Positions 48,972-63,399 of a stretch of DNA of 64,000 nt are shown here, piece after piece. The translations under genes were made by a program, and so were the position numbers. The notes under the pieces are model-generated. The model was not told the origin of the DNA and ran no database searches. It worked only from the letters and a program-made list of their open reading frames with translations. The stretch comes from Haliotis rufescens (lineage: Eukaryota), in contig NW_025963802.1 of assembly GCF_023055435.1 (NCBI RefSeq), forward strand, positions 5,208,001 through 5,272,000, given 5' to 3'. Positions within the stretch are counted from its first letter, which is position 1. Each line of letters opens with the position of its first letter.

Positions 48972-51900
48972 ATGGCGAAGGTGTCTCTCGGACCCACTGA
49001 CTATATCGTCGTATGTGGACTCTTATCTCTGTCTGTGGGGATAGGACTATATTACGCCATCAGGGGGAGGAGGAGGAACACCAGAGAGGAGTACCTGATG
49101 GGAGGACGGCGTCTCCACGTCATCCCGGTGACGTTGTCTCTGTATGTGACGTACATATCATCGACGGCCTTTATAGGGATGCCTGCAGAAACCTTCACTA
49201 CTGGTTTTACATTTGCCCTGTTCGCTCTTGGCAGTATTGTTGCGATGTCCATCTCCATCTTCACAGTAGTACCGATGATGCATGCACTGCAGGTGACAAG
49301 TGTTTATGAGGTATGTCATGGATTTCATGGAAACAATGCGGTAAGCCACGATGGGCGATAGTGTTATCTATTGTTTCTTGTTTAAAGTTTAACTGCGTAC
49401 TCAAAAATATGCCAGATGTATGCCAGCGGTCTGTAAAAAATCGAGTCTGGACCAGACAATCCAGTTATTGACATCGTGAACAACGATCTACGCAATTGGG
49501 ATACAACGACCCGCATCAACTTAGTCGGCGAGCCTGACCACCCAATCCCGTTAGTCGCATTCTGACATTGGTTGCTGAAGACAAATTCTAATCCGGATCT
49601 ATGTTACATCTCATGCACTTTCAATAATCTATACATGTTTTCACGAACACCTGGTGTCATAACTATTTTATAGTGATGCATTAACACGTGCTCATGATAT
49701 AGTCGGAATCGAACAATCGACAATTAAGACTTCTTGTGAATATGGAACGTGATTTGTCGCAGTTAGTTCCTAAAGTGCACGTAAATAAAGCTGAGGAAAT
49801 GCGTCTTCCATGTAAAGGGTATATTTGTCTCAGCCAGTTTTATAAGCAAGAGCCCTGTAAGATTGAGTGAGTGAGTGAGTATGGTTTTACGCCGCTTTTA
49901 GCAATATTCCAGCAATATCACGGCGGGGGACACCAGAAATGGGCTTCACAAAATGTACCCATATGGGAATACGAACCCGGGTCTTTGGCGCGACGAGCGA
50001 ACGCTTTAACCACAAGGCTACCAAACCGCCCCAAGCCCTGTAAGATGTACGCTGTGGACATTGTACAATCATAGGTAACATTAATTTCATATTCAGACGT
50101 TGCTCAACGACTTTGCCAAAGGATTTTTTTTTCATACGTCTTGCCTGGGAGACAACCTATAACTTAAGAAATTAATAACTAATTGAAAATGAATGTCAGG
50201 TATATGAATTTGAGACAGAAAACTCAATTTGTAACTTATACTATTTGTCCTTTCAGTATTTCCATCTGCGATTCGGGTCGGTGGCATTCAGACGTTGTAT
50301 CAGTGTTGTGGGAATGTTGCAGAACGTAAGTTACCGTGTGCGACGTAATAAGCGCCCGGGGCGTTCTCAAAATTAGAAATACGGGGCTATCATTAGAATA
50401 TAATTTTGGTGAGTTGAAAGATCGTAAATTTCGTTGTTTATGCTGACAGCCTGAAATGATACAAAAGAAAATGATGTGCGTATCATACACGACAGATTCT
50501 TTTCCAGAATTTAATTGCCCATAATTAAGGATGCATATAACACACGAGTGCGTATCATACACGAATAAATAAGTCTTGTATACATTGATCAATCGGAAGG
50601 AGTGTTAATTGGGATTGTTCACCAGCTAATATATTAGTAAATATCTCAGTGGGCGCTTATTACGTCGAATACGGTATTGTTGTATTTATATAATTACGAA
50701 CGAGGGAGGGATGGCTGAAGAGTTCTGAGTCTTACTGCGAAAGATGTATGTTAACTCTTAACTATTTACAATACTGTCAATGCTTATAGGCAGCATTTGA
50801 ACCAAACAAACAATTGGGTAGCATATTTCTGCAGGCATCGAAGTGACTAGGTCTTCTCTGTTGATGAAAATAGACAAAACTGGCTACAGTGCTGTCATCA
50901 GTTATGATAATGGCGCTAAACTTAGAATACCGACACTTTCGTCGATGGCTAGGTAGTACAGACCTTTGGGATTAACTGAATTTAGATGCTGAGGTAGAGA
51001 CAATCAACTCTAGTTGAATGTTATTCAATTTGGTGACACTGTGTTTAGAAATAAGAACAGCGTAACACTTCCAATGCAATGTATACGTTTTTGAAACCGC
51101 GACGTCATCACAGCGAAGCACTGAGCGGTGTGCAAAGCCAGCTGACGGCCAGGCGCCATGAGGGAGAAGCCAGGGTGTTGGTGATGCCTACTATTTGTAC
51201 CAGAAAGTATACAAAAGCTATATCGACTGCCTCTTCCCAACTGTCACTTTGAATAAATTTCACACAGCTTTGGTAACATTCCAGCAGTATCACCGCGAGG
51301 TCACCGGGACTTGTCTTCACACATTATCCCTATATGGAGAATCGAACCCGGACCTTCGTCATGACGAGCAGTTTTCACCACTCCCTACCCCACCGGCACG
51401 ATACGGTCAACCTTTACGCGAACATCCGTTATCCTCACTAATCGATAGTGATTAATAAACACATGGTAATGATATGGATGGAATCTTTCAATGAAATCCG
51501 CTTTCAGTAGATATTTGTGATAATCATGGACATGTGTTTTGTCGCTTTTATTTACCAAGTCGACCCCCAGACATATCACTATCTTGGTAGCATTACAAAA
51601 AAGAAACTGTGTGGGCCAAGACATTAAAACTGTCCCCAACTATGCGTCAGACGGGACTGCTGCAACATATGATTTAGATTTAGTCCTCGAGTGGTCCTTC
51701 GGGATATCTACCAATGTGCAACATGAAGGCAACCTCAAATTAAAAAAATGAAGATTCTTTTTCATCATTTCGTCATGTGGCACACACAGTTGCAAAACTG
51801 CGAACGAGACCTCCATCCATGTTGATTCATCACTGAATCATCAATTAATGGACCGCCTCCGTGGTCTAGTGGCAGAGCGTCCGCCTGCAGAGCGGAAGGT

Positions 51901-54900
51901 CCGGGATTCGATTCCCGGCCGCGTCATACGAAAAGACGTTAAAAGATGGTACTTTTTGTTACCCTGTCTGGCGCTCGGCATTTAGAGGCTGAAACAAGTA
52001 CTGGTCGGCTCGGAGTCAGTAGGGGTATTCATGTTAAACTGCGGCTTGGTATCACAGTGAACTAGCACTTTAAATCGGCATCAGTACAAGCAGCCACACA
52101 CACACACACACGTGCATGCACGTCGCTACATAAGTGCAATAATCTTGGACGCAACGTTAAACCCAATTTCACCTTACCTATAACAATTTACACTCTAACG
52201 ACATGTATTAAAGGGTGCCTGCTCTATTATATATATCGGATACATATTCAAAGGAAAACCATTCTAAATTGAAAAAAGTAACTGCTTTGCCAAAGACAGG
52301 TAATAGCCATAGCATATGTTTCGACAGAAATAAAAGTACAAGGTAGATTTCAACTCACCTGCGATTAGTATACTGTCGAGTTGGGGTTGTTTTCGCGAGT
52401 GAAGAATATTGATGAAATTCATATTGTTTCGATTACTTCAATGTTGTTCTTTTCCAGATCTTTTTCATCGCTGTGGTTTTATTATCACCAGCAGTAGCGA
52501 TAGAAACAGGTAAATATAACCATTCACGTTGTATTCCTTAAGAGAAAAGTTAATATAGTCTACCCATATTCATCTCCATGTATTTAGTGGGCACATGTTG
52601 CCTAATCGAATGAGTAGAGTTTAGTCCCTTGTAAGAAACCTATAATTGGAGTTCGAATCCCAGATTCGCTGTGATTATGCTTCTAGGTTTGTCAGCATCA
52701 TCCCAGTGCTAGTTGTTTTCCCACGCCAAGCAGGCAAGTCGTGATGTAACACAATACTGATCCAAGTGACGTTTAACAAACACACCGTCTGTAGTTTAAG
52801 AATACACTGTGATTTCCATCTGGCTTGCAACAAATTCTGACGTTTGTGTCCTCACAGTTGCTGGTCTCCCATTGTGGGTGTCGGTGCTGCTTGTAGGAGC
52901 TATTGCAACACTCTACACGGCCATTGTGAGTTGATCATACATTGTCATTGATCATTTAAGATTGTTCATTCTGTTATCTTTCATAATACATCAAGACGAG
53001 AAAATGAAATACCGTCTTTTGAACTTCCCTATGCCATATTTTCAATCACTTTTGTGTCACAGGGTGGAATACGAGGGGTGGTTGTGGTGGATATGTTTCA
53101 GGCCCTTGTCATGGCTGCTGGAGTTTATGCAACTGTCTCTAAGGTAATAAATTTCACTACATTAAATGTACATGTATGTAATCATATTTTTTACGACCAA
53201 AAGGGGCACACAAAACGCAACTATTTACATAAGTATTTGATCAATACAGTGTTTATCTAAATGCAACCATACATGTTAAAATATAATCTGTGCTCCACGA
53301 CTTTGTTCCCACCTCTTGTGTATCCAGATCCAGATATAGTACTAAGTATCAATGTCAGATTAACCTGTGCTGGAAAGAACAAGAGCAAAGCATATCGGCG
53401 TTAGCGAATGAGTTCATTGTTGTTGCTGAAAGGACTTCATTGTGACCTGAAACACATGGTTTAGATTGCAGTCCTCGAGTGGTCCTTCGGGATATCTACC
53501 AATGTGCAACATGAAGGCAACCTCTAAATAAAAAAATAAAGATTCGTTTTCTAACGTCAATGCATTATTTCGTCATGTGGCACTCACGGTTGCAAAACTG
53601 TGAAAGAGACCTTCATCCATGTCCATGAAAGGGTTACTACAGTTACCTCATTAAGAGACTCAGATCATGTTACTGGTTATGCCATTCCAGAATTGTTTGA
53701 TGATTTCAAGGATTCATTAATATACTTTTCATCAGGAATTTACCTTTCGGGCTCTTTAGAATATGTTTCAGCAGGCATTCGAGACTGATTATTCACTGGC
53801 GTTGACGTTTTGGATAAATGTGTTTGTTTCAGGGAGTGTATGACATCGGTGGGATTGGACTAACCTGGGATCTGGCAGTCCAGGGAGGGCGAGTCCCGCC
53901 TGTAGAGTAAGATTTCTATATCACATGGACATTCCTCAAAGGAGTTTTGAATCGAACATTGGCTTACAAATCCTATTCGAGTTCATCTGTAAATTGTCTT
54001 TTATTCTGCAAGGAAGCAAAGCAAATACCATGAAGGCATTTATGGACATATGTTCTACGTTTTATATCCTTTATTCCTTAAGGTTCAGTGTAGATCCACG
54101 TGTACGCCACTCGTTCTGGGCTCTGGTGGTGGGAGGCGGCAGCATGTACATGGGGTATGTCTTCGACCAGTCAGCTATACAGAGAATATGTGCTCTTCCT
54201 ACTGTCAGGCAGGCCAAACTGTAAGTTATAAACACATTTACTGGATCCGTCATTAGTTTGTGTGATAGTGTTGTTGGTGAATGTATCGGCACATTATCAG
54301 TCATGACCATTGTTGACATTCGACAAGTGCACATGGGTAGTTGCAGGGTTTTCTCCAAAGGCAATTCAATTTCAACAAATATGGTGAGCATTTACCAGGT
54401 CTGTTCTCATGATATTAAATGACCATTAAAATCTTTACAGATGTCAAAGATAGCTGAAAAAAATTAAATTGGAAAGCTTCACATCACACTAATGCTATAT
54501 ACATGTATCTCCAGTCGGGGTTATTAAGCAGCCCCTTTGATGTGTTTGCTAAAATTTGAACACGGCCGCCGCCACCACAATTACAATTTTCTCAACCACA
54601 GGCTCATGACATGTGTTAGAGATTGCATATCTGATATACACCCAACGTACCCCTGAGCTATTTATCGGACATACTATTGGATGACCTCGAAGGGCAAAGT
54701 CACGCGGTATGAACAAGGCGTCAAACATGTACAGATAACCTGAGCAATTATGCTTAGAATTTGATGACACTCTGTACTTAGAACACAATTGATATATAAA
54801 GTGAATAACTTAAACCCTACAAGTGTATGCTTCTCCATTTACATATGTCCTTGTTTATTGTGATCCCATTGCTAATGCTTACTTGCGACTGCCTTCGTGG

Positions 54901-57900
54901 CTAAGTGGTAGAGCACCTGCCCGGAGAGCGAAAGGTCGCGTCATACCAAAAGACGTTAAAAGATGGTATCCTTCTTTGCGCTCGGCATTAAGGGTATAAA
55001 CAAGGACTGGTCGGCTCGAAGTCAGTATACTGTGTCTGAGTGGGGTATTCATGTCCGACCGCCCCTGATGCCTTTAAAGCAGAAGTAAATATAACTTGTG
55101 TTTAGGGTACTTACCTTGAGGGCGCATGACAACATACGGGATACACAAGTATAAATATAGATGTTAAAGTGGTCAGCTGTCACCTGATTTGGTAAAATCA
55201 AAATGGTTCCTGATGTTTCTGGTGAGAAGGTTAAACACCTTTTTGGTTGAGGTATTGGGTGGACAGAAGGATGTGACAGTGTGGATAGTTGCTCTTTCTA
55301 CCACTCACTTGGTGTTCCTGCTCCAGTTAATTACTTACAGAGAGTCGTGATTTGGGTGTGATATTGCCCTCTATGCCAATTGCTGCATATAATCAATCAC
55401 TCACTGTTACAGCACCTACGCCCTCACCACAGTCGTGACAAGCATATCCTTTGTGACCTTAAGTTTCCTTGGACTCGTGGCCTACAGCTACTACACAGTT
55501 CGAGGATGTGACCCGTTCAAGGCTGGATACCTCAAGAACAGAAATCAGGTAACACATATATATTAGATAATGCCATTGGTTTGAATAAGATTTGTGAAAT
55601 GTCTTTATATCACTCACGTCAGTTTATGTGGTTACTCTTGGAAGCACCTTCACATATATTTGTTGATCTAAGCATTAGCCATGATACCAGCGTGTCTGCA
55701 ACTTCTTGCTGCTGCGCCTTCAGCTTTACCCGCTATGCCAACATGCCTACAGTATTACTGTATATGCCTTCATGTCTACCGATTTACCCTCAATGCCAAC
55801 ATGCCTACAGCATTACTGTATATGTCTTCATGTCTACCGATTTACCCGCTACGCCAACATGCCTACAGTATTACTGTATATGTATTCATGTCTATCGATT
55901 TACCCGCTATGCCAACATGCCTACAGCATTACTGTATATATCTTCATGTCTACCGATTTACCCTCAATGCCAACATGCCTACAGCATTACTGTATGTGTC
56001 TTCATGTCTACCGATTTACCCTAAATGACAATATGCCTACAGCATTACCGTATGTGTCTTCATGTCTACCGATTTACCCTCTATGCCAACATGTCGGTAT
56101 TAAAGTTTTTGTAAATATTGGAAAGAAGATATTAGAAAGCATCATTAAGAAGAAAAAATCAATTAAATAATTAAAACAAATCTTAATGTGATCAACCATT
56201 TCATTGTTTAGTACAACGTAACCATTCTTTTCAATATCGATTGTATACATTCTTAAAAAAAGAACATTTATGTAAAGGTGCCTGTCTCAAGTGTTCAACT
56301 GATCCTTACTTTCGCAGCTCGTCCCCTATTTCGTGATGGAAATATTCCATGGTTTCCCAGGCATGTCTGGTCTTTTCTTAGCAACAATATTCAGTGCAGC
56401 ACTCAGGTGAATATAATGCTTATTTTGTTCTTTCAGTGAAATTTAATTTCAATCAGTTCTCGTGTCTGGCATGGCCAGGGGAGGTATTTAGATTATTAAA
56501 AGATGAAGAGTGGAGGATAAGAGGATGGAGTTAGTGGGTTAGAGAGTTCAACAATTTGTTTTATTCCAGTTGCGAATCTGACATTCAGTAGTGTCATACT
56601 ATTACCAACAATGCATATCTAAATTCGCCGTTCCATTAATCATCATTTACACGTATGCAATAGATGAGTCATTTGCATTTACTTTTAAATACCACTTTCA
56701 CTTGTACCCAATCCTTCCCAGGTAATGTAAATAACATATGTTTAAATGAAAACGTATGTATTTCTAAGTTCTGTGTCTTCCGTCATAAACGGCCTCGCCG
56801 CCAACACCATCGAGGATCTACTACGACCAGCGTTTGACCGGTACAACACAACCGAGAAAGGAAAAATCTTCATCGCCAAAATATCAGGTATATAAAAGCG
56901 ACAAAACCCTTTCCATCTTCATAAGAAATATGTACCGAAAGCATAATCAATTATACGATTCCGACAATATCATGAGCATGTGTATATCACTGTCACATAC
57001 TAGTACTTATGAACCAGTTGTTCGCGACCCTACCCCACCGGTGGCACCCATCACAAACACATGCAAAGGCAAATCAAATGTTCCCTGATCAAACACGAGA
57101 ACATATGGAACAAGTCAAAACAGAGAATTGCATCGGACACCATTCATTGATGCATCACATTTGGAAATGTCTTTCAAATGTCTACCATAAAGCTGTTTGA
57201 AAACTTTACTAAGGCATACATTGAATGTTGTAACCTTGATAACCATGTTACTTAAAGTGGAAAAAGCAAATTGTATAGACATGATATCATGTGGCACTGT
57301 TTCCACAACATTGCATAATCAACTAAAAACTACACCTACAACTACAACTACAACCTATTGCCATAACAATAGAGCAATAAACATTAAGATAAGCCTGTAT
57401 ATTACGTTCATATGGTAAACCACCATTTCAGTGTTCTTCTTTGGAGGACTTTGCGTGAGCTTGTCTTTTGTTGCGCGGACTCTGCCAGGAACTGTGGTCC
57501 AGGTCAGTGCCATGTCTCTTATATTGACACAATTCCTGCAATAAAGGCTAATGTCAGGTTATTGGTAATCGTGTTTCTTATGCAACATGAACAGCAACAT
57601 AACTTAACGTTTATGGTTTTAGAGTGATATTTTGAAAATGCCTTTTAAGTTCGTTTTGAAATTTTAAACTGCAACGTACTTAGACAAACAGGTCGATGTT
57701 CGCTTAGTTAATGCTGCACTTTGCAGGCCGCAATCGGATTTGTTGGAGCTTGTGCAGGTCCTGTCTTCGGGATTTTCCTCTTAGGAGCTTCAACTCCGTG
57801 GGGAAACATAGCGGTAAGTACTGGAGGGACAGCATACTTTTGTGAGGACTGAAGGGAGAATATACTATACGGAGTACTGAAAGGGTAATATACTATTGGG

Positions 57901-60900
57901 TGTACTAAAAGGATACCATACCATAGTCTCCTATTTAAAACAGATTTCTATAACTTGCCCATAATATATACCAGACCTTGGGAAAACAATCTATAACTGA
58001 GGAGTGATAAGTTCTTTGGGGAACTTTGAATCATCCTATCATAAAAAGATCAGGGGATCTTGCAGGCTAGGGTAACACCCATTAACATTGTTCAGAGTCG
58101 AATATTGGTGCACAACTCTAGCAACTTGTGGTCTGGCGTTATAGGAGGTCCTCGATTAAAGCATTCAATCATTTCGACATTTTATCATTTCAGAAACCTA
58201 ATCAGGGCATTCAAAAGCGTTGTTTATCTCTGCTTCTCCGGAAAGTGCAGGAGTGGCAATTGTTAGGGATTGAATATCTGGCCTTATTTTAGGGAACATT
58301 CAATGCAATTACTGCTGACGTTCTGTGGTATAGAAAATTAAGTGATACTTGAATCAGACACCTCTGTGGCTTTATATATACGTTCAAACAGTATTTAGCA
58401 TATTATATTGTCCCGTGAGTATACCCATAGCAAACTGACAAACAATTCATATCCATGTGCATATTGCATTGTCAGCTGTTATGTCTGATGTGTTACATGT
58501 GCCCGTCCAAAAGGGGGCTGCGTCTGGCTTGGTGGTGTCTCTGGTGCTGAACGCGTGGATCACTCTCGGCGGCATCATGTACGGACGTAGACCTGTACCA
58601 CTACCACCAGCACCAGGTAACTTCTGTCACGTTCAGGAAGTGGCCAACATAACAGGCCTGTACCTCCCTGACCCCTTCAACAACAGTACAGGCTACATTG
58701 ATTTCAGCACAAGGTAAGACGTCCATCTAACAACATCCCTTAATGATAAGACACTCTTTGAGAAATCACTTAACTGTGCTTTTAGTGAAATGATGTTGAG
58801 TTTATTTTAGACAAAGGGACGAAATGTTTAATTCCATTTGTCGATGCTTTTATGTCATATCAAATCTTAATTCAATCAATTTCCTTTATCCTCAACATTT
58901 GCTATTAATATCAATATATTCTCCAGATATCTTTATCCATGAACATATCTAATTAGTACCAACATATATTTGTATTGACATACTCTTTATGCAGGAACAC
59001 AATATCATACTAGTATCAATATATTCTCTAAAATCCGCATCCATAAACAATGTATGATATCAGTATTAACATTGTCTCTGGATATATATATATATATCTT
59101 TATCCATGAACATAGTATCATATTGGTATATATACTGCATCGTGAGGGGACACGGACGGTCAGGTAAACTAAGGCACTGCAATTAGCTGTGCAGAACTGC
59201 GTGCCTTGGGCTCGCCAGAAACCTATGATTGTGGGTTCGAATCCCGGTTTTCCCCGATTATGATTCTAGGTTTGTCAGCACCATACTCATGCACCAAAGT
59301 GGTAAACGTCTGAGGCTTGCATCACATCTGGCCTTCCTCCACATTTAGCTGACACTGGACTACAGTTCAAAGGGGCTTCAAACTCATTCACAATCACACT
59401 ATCGTGATCTTTATTATTAATAATGAATATAATATCATATTAGTATAAACTAGAAGGAACATTCGTGATTATCCAACTGTGTTGTATATAGAGGGATCAC
59501 TGTGATAGAGGGTAACACGCTTATATGCAACAATGGCGACTGACAAATAGTTTATGCTGTAGTTCACCTATCCCTGTGGCCGGTATTGACTCAGGAGGTA
59601 ACCCCCTCTACAACATCTCATACATGAACTATGCCCTGACGGGATGGCTGATCGCGTTCTTGGTTGGGTTGGCTGTCAGTCTGGCGACCAGTGAGTTCTT
59701 TTCATTAGCATAAATCATATTCAAGTTCTATGTAACTATTCAAAATATGTAACCCACCGGGAAAAAAAGGACCTTATCGGTGCTGGGATACAATTGTGCT
59801 ATGACGTCAACTGTACGGACTGTACAAACATATTTTACTTTTCTCTCGTTAGTTCGCAATGTAATGAAAACATTATTTCAAAACCTTTCAGCATACATGT
59901 CTACTTTCAATTAATCAAACATAATATCTAAAACCTGCAATTATAACATAAACAGTTATAAGTCGGAATATGGGTCCAAACGTCTGATGCCATGTATCTC
60001 TGCAATAAATATGAATTGAAGCTTTTGAATAGTATATTTGTGTTCCTAAGATACTGTAGTTTTAAAATATAATAAGAAGTAAAATGTTATTTTAGACTTA
60101 TCTGATGTTCGGTCACATATGATCAATTAATGGCTATGCTCTGGTCGGATGACTGATTGTGTTCTGTGAGGGGATGATGGTCTGCCCACTGAGTACTCAG
60201 TCCTCAGTTCATAAATACACTTTCCGAGTCGATTTCTGTGCTTGTCTGTCTGTTTGTTTGTTTGTTTGTTTGTTTGTTGTTTAACGCTGCACTCAGCAAT
60301 ATTCAAGCTTTATGAAGGCTGTCTGTAAATGATCGAGTCTGGACCACACAATCCAGTGATTGATATCCTGAGCATCGATCCACGCGACTGGGATATGATG
60401 ACATGCATCAAAAAAGTCTGACCACCAGATCCCGCTAGTCGCCTTTTACGGCAAGCATGGGTTGCTGAAGACCTATTCTAACCGGGATTTTGACGGGTGT
60501 GATTTCATTTCATGGACATATGTCATAAAACATCATAACACGGACATGATCCTGGTACCGTTGTACAAAACAACCTTAGCACTACGTCTGTCGTTAGTAT
60601 AATATGTTAAGGTATGGGAGGTACGATCACCTCAGTTCTAAGATAGCTTTGGACAAGGACACCAGGCTCGATTTCTGTGCATTGACTTTTGCCATAAAAC
60701 ATCATGAAACTGACAATATCCGGGTACAACACCAAAGCCAATTATTTGCATTCATTAAATTTAAGATTTAGATAAACATGTTTTCGCTTTCTTCATCACA
60801 GGGATGGGTACTTATCGATTACAGAAAACACAAGATAACCGCACAGCTGTATTTCGCGTAACTATCCTTTTCAAAATTCTGACTGGGAGAATTCTTTAAC

Positions 60901-62646
60901 TCAATAATATATTCCTAAGCGAATATATTTCACGCATGAAACAATAATATATTATGTATCTAGCAACATTTGACCATCTGTATCTGATTTCTTAATGTTT
61001 ATGGTATCATTTCTTATATCTTATCTGATTCTGGTTGTAATTCATTTACAATCAATTTATTCACCAGTTTCTGGTCAAGTAATTTATAGTTGAGAACATG
61101 TAGAATAATATGTATTCTATGTACAATAAATAATGTATTTACTTAAACGATGAAAAACGTGTGAATACTAATGGGTGCACATTACTGTGCCTGGGTTCTT
61201 TTTAAAACTATAGAAATTCGAACAAAATAGATATTTCTGTCCGCAAACGACGTTGTCATGTATTATTTATATCAGAGTATAATTATAGTTTAATCTAATC
61301 GTCATTTCAAGTCACTCTTTCTTTCAAGGATCTACTTATAACAATGTACGACCGCCTCCGTGGTCTAGTGGTAGAGCGTCCGCCCGGAGAGCGGAAGGTC
61401 CGGGGTTCGATCCCCGGCCGCGTCACACCAAAAGACGTTAAAAGATGGTACTTGTTGTTACCCTGTCTGGTGCTCGGCATTAAGGGGCTAAAGCAAGGAC
61501 AGGTCGGCTCGGAGTCAGTGTACTGTGTCTGAGTGGTGTATTAATGTTAAACTGCGGCATGGTATCTCAGTGGGCTAGCACTATAAATCGGCATCAGTCC
61601 GGACTAGTACGTCAAATGCGTCAAATGAAACTCATCTGATTATGTTGTCAGAACACTGGCATGAGCCAACGAGGGATGAGAGGCTCCTTCTGCCCTTTGT
61701 GAGGCGATTCTGGAGACTGAACCAGGCAGATGAACTACAGCAGGTGAGGAATCGTAACAGTGACATACACAACGTTCGTAGCGCTTGTGATGATGTAAAT
61801 AAACCCACTTAGCCTTACTATGATGCGTATGTAGAATCCATGCGTGGAATTAAGCCTTGTGTTTGAACTTCATGATGTGGTATTGGAGGAGAGTCAAGAA
61901 GGTCTTACTACTTTCATGAACTATCAACAGCATGCGGAAAATAACAGAAAAAAACCCTCAAACATTGCATCTGTGCCGATAGATTTCATAGCAAAATGCT
62001 TCAACATGTAAATGTTCGATTAATCATCTGTCTAAATACATATATGACGCTATTAAACTTAAATGTCGCTCCATACGTAAAGTTTATTAGGTTATATGTA
62101 TATTATCTAAAAAAGGCAAATATCATGTCTTTGTATGTCTATGGGCCTGTGGCCTTAGAACTTTTGAATAAAATCATCATTATTCTGTCAATATGTACTA
62201 CGCCACCCTCGGCCCCTGTTCTGGATGAGAAAATGTGTTGACAATATATCATCAATGTGTAGTTTAAAAGTATTACTATTCATTTGACATCAGGCATATG
62301 TACATGGAGAAGCAGTGTGAAACATGAACATATGGCACAAAACGGAAGCGATGCAGTCCGAAGACCCAGTCAGTTGTTAGGGAAATATGTGAGCTTGTCC
62401 AGTCAAACAATAAGTCTATTCATTCGTCAAGGATGAGGGTACTATAAATAATATACACACCATTTCTATTTCATTATATTATTGTCTTGCCTTCAGCATG
62501 TGTGCAGACAACATACTGAAATATTTAAGACACATCCATTGTTTCAGGCGGTGAAACTGAGGCATTCTGGGGAGCATTCTGTGGAAGGACCACAAACTCA
62601 AAAGCGGTTGATCAGTTTTGGAAATCAAACTTCTGATATGATATGA
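48972..62646 (+). CDS. SLC5 sodium:solute symporter, SMCT (SLC5A8/12)/SMVT/NIS-like, about 613 aa
   Basis: Phase-consistent GT-AG exons 48972-49310, 50257-50325, 52458-52509, 52858-52925, 53063-53143, 53833-53906, 54083-54220, 55413-55548, 56318-56406, 56769-56887, 57432-57502, 57727-57813, 58514-58713, 59563-59690, 61652-61743 and probably 62548-62646 (last exon uncertain). SLC5 signatures: EYLMGGR, TSVYEY.HLRF, YTAIGG, DP..RH.FW, Q..IQR, GCDP, Q.VPYFV, PG..GLF.A.IFSAALSS.SS, LY.ISY. Confidence 0.9.
49864..50033 (-). mobile_element. Full-length SINE family A in SLC5 intron 1
   Basis: 13-bp TSD AGCCCTGTAAGAT; same consensus. Confidence 0.88.
50334..50674. mobile_element. Tc1/mariner-superfamily MITE just downstream of the SLC5 exon 2 donor
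   Basis: TIRs CCGT.T.CGACGTAATAAGCGCCC at both ends, TA flanks. Confidence 0.8.
55724..56093. repeat. 58-bp minisatellite in an SLC5 intron
   Basis: Unit TTTACCCGCTATGCCAACATGCCTACAGTATTACTGTATATGTCTTCATGTCTACCGA, about 6.5 copies. Confidence 0.9.
61350..61610 (+). mobile_element. SINE family D (tRNA head plus Meta/MESC-like central domain)
   Basis: A box TGGTCTAGTGG, B box GGTTCGATCCC, then GTCA.ACCAAAAGACGTTAAAAGATGGTAC...CCCTGTCTGG.GCTCGGCATT. Other copies at 51851-52175, 54888-55053 and 33960-34180. The domain name comes from recalled consensus similarity. Confidence 0.75.
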
Positions 62647-63399
62647 TCTGCATTCATAAAAATATGACTTTACTGTCAGGAATTGTAGGCGTTTATATTA
62701 CCATCCTCCCTCACTATACTATGTTCGAAGTGTAATTCAAATTGATAATACGGTTTCATACAAAAAGATGAATATATACGTTTAACATCTTTGATGATTC
62801 GCTTAGAGGATGCTTATTTTGAGCAATGAAAATTATGGAATGTGTGTGTCACAAAGAGTTTTATTGACGGAGTTGGAACTTCGTGGTTGCTTCATAACAC
62901 TTCACTGGGTGTCCTTCACGCAAGGATCCCAAGGTGCATACGATATCCATTAGAGTATATTATGTTATGTAAGAGTAAATATAACTAAAAGAGACCAAAC
63001 CCTTTCAGTTATCATTGGACACCTCTGCTTACGGCAGACTCTATTGTACGATTCCGACTACATCATAACCTCGTGTTTATGGATCATTATCAACTGGTGT
63101 ATGTACCAGGATACATACAAATATAACCTCTAAGGCATTACGGTGTTATTTCCGTGTTTGGTTTGAATTATTTTTTGTCATCCTTATCAATGACACCCTG
63201 GCCACTCGTACTCTTCCGTAAAGCTAGTCACGGAAAGAGGCGAGTTGTTACGAAGTGCAAGTAGTGAAAACGTGAGACTGTGAACGGAACAAACCTATTG
63301 AATGTCTTAAATTTATCACTAGAGCTTACTGTTTGGTACCTGTTCTTATTCACTTCACCCTCACTTTCTATTGGCCTTGACCGAAGATTAACATTATTT

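Noticed and set aside
51670-53622. Duplicated segment of about 150 bp (51670-51822 and 53460-53622) in SLC5 introns as a regulatory element
   Set aside because: Most simply a dispersed repeat or local duplication; no diagnostic features.
55581-56170. Cys/Tyr-rich ORFs in an SLC5 intron
   Set aside because: Translations of the 58-bp minisatellite.
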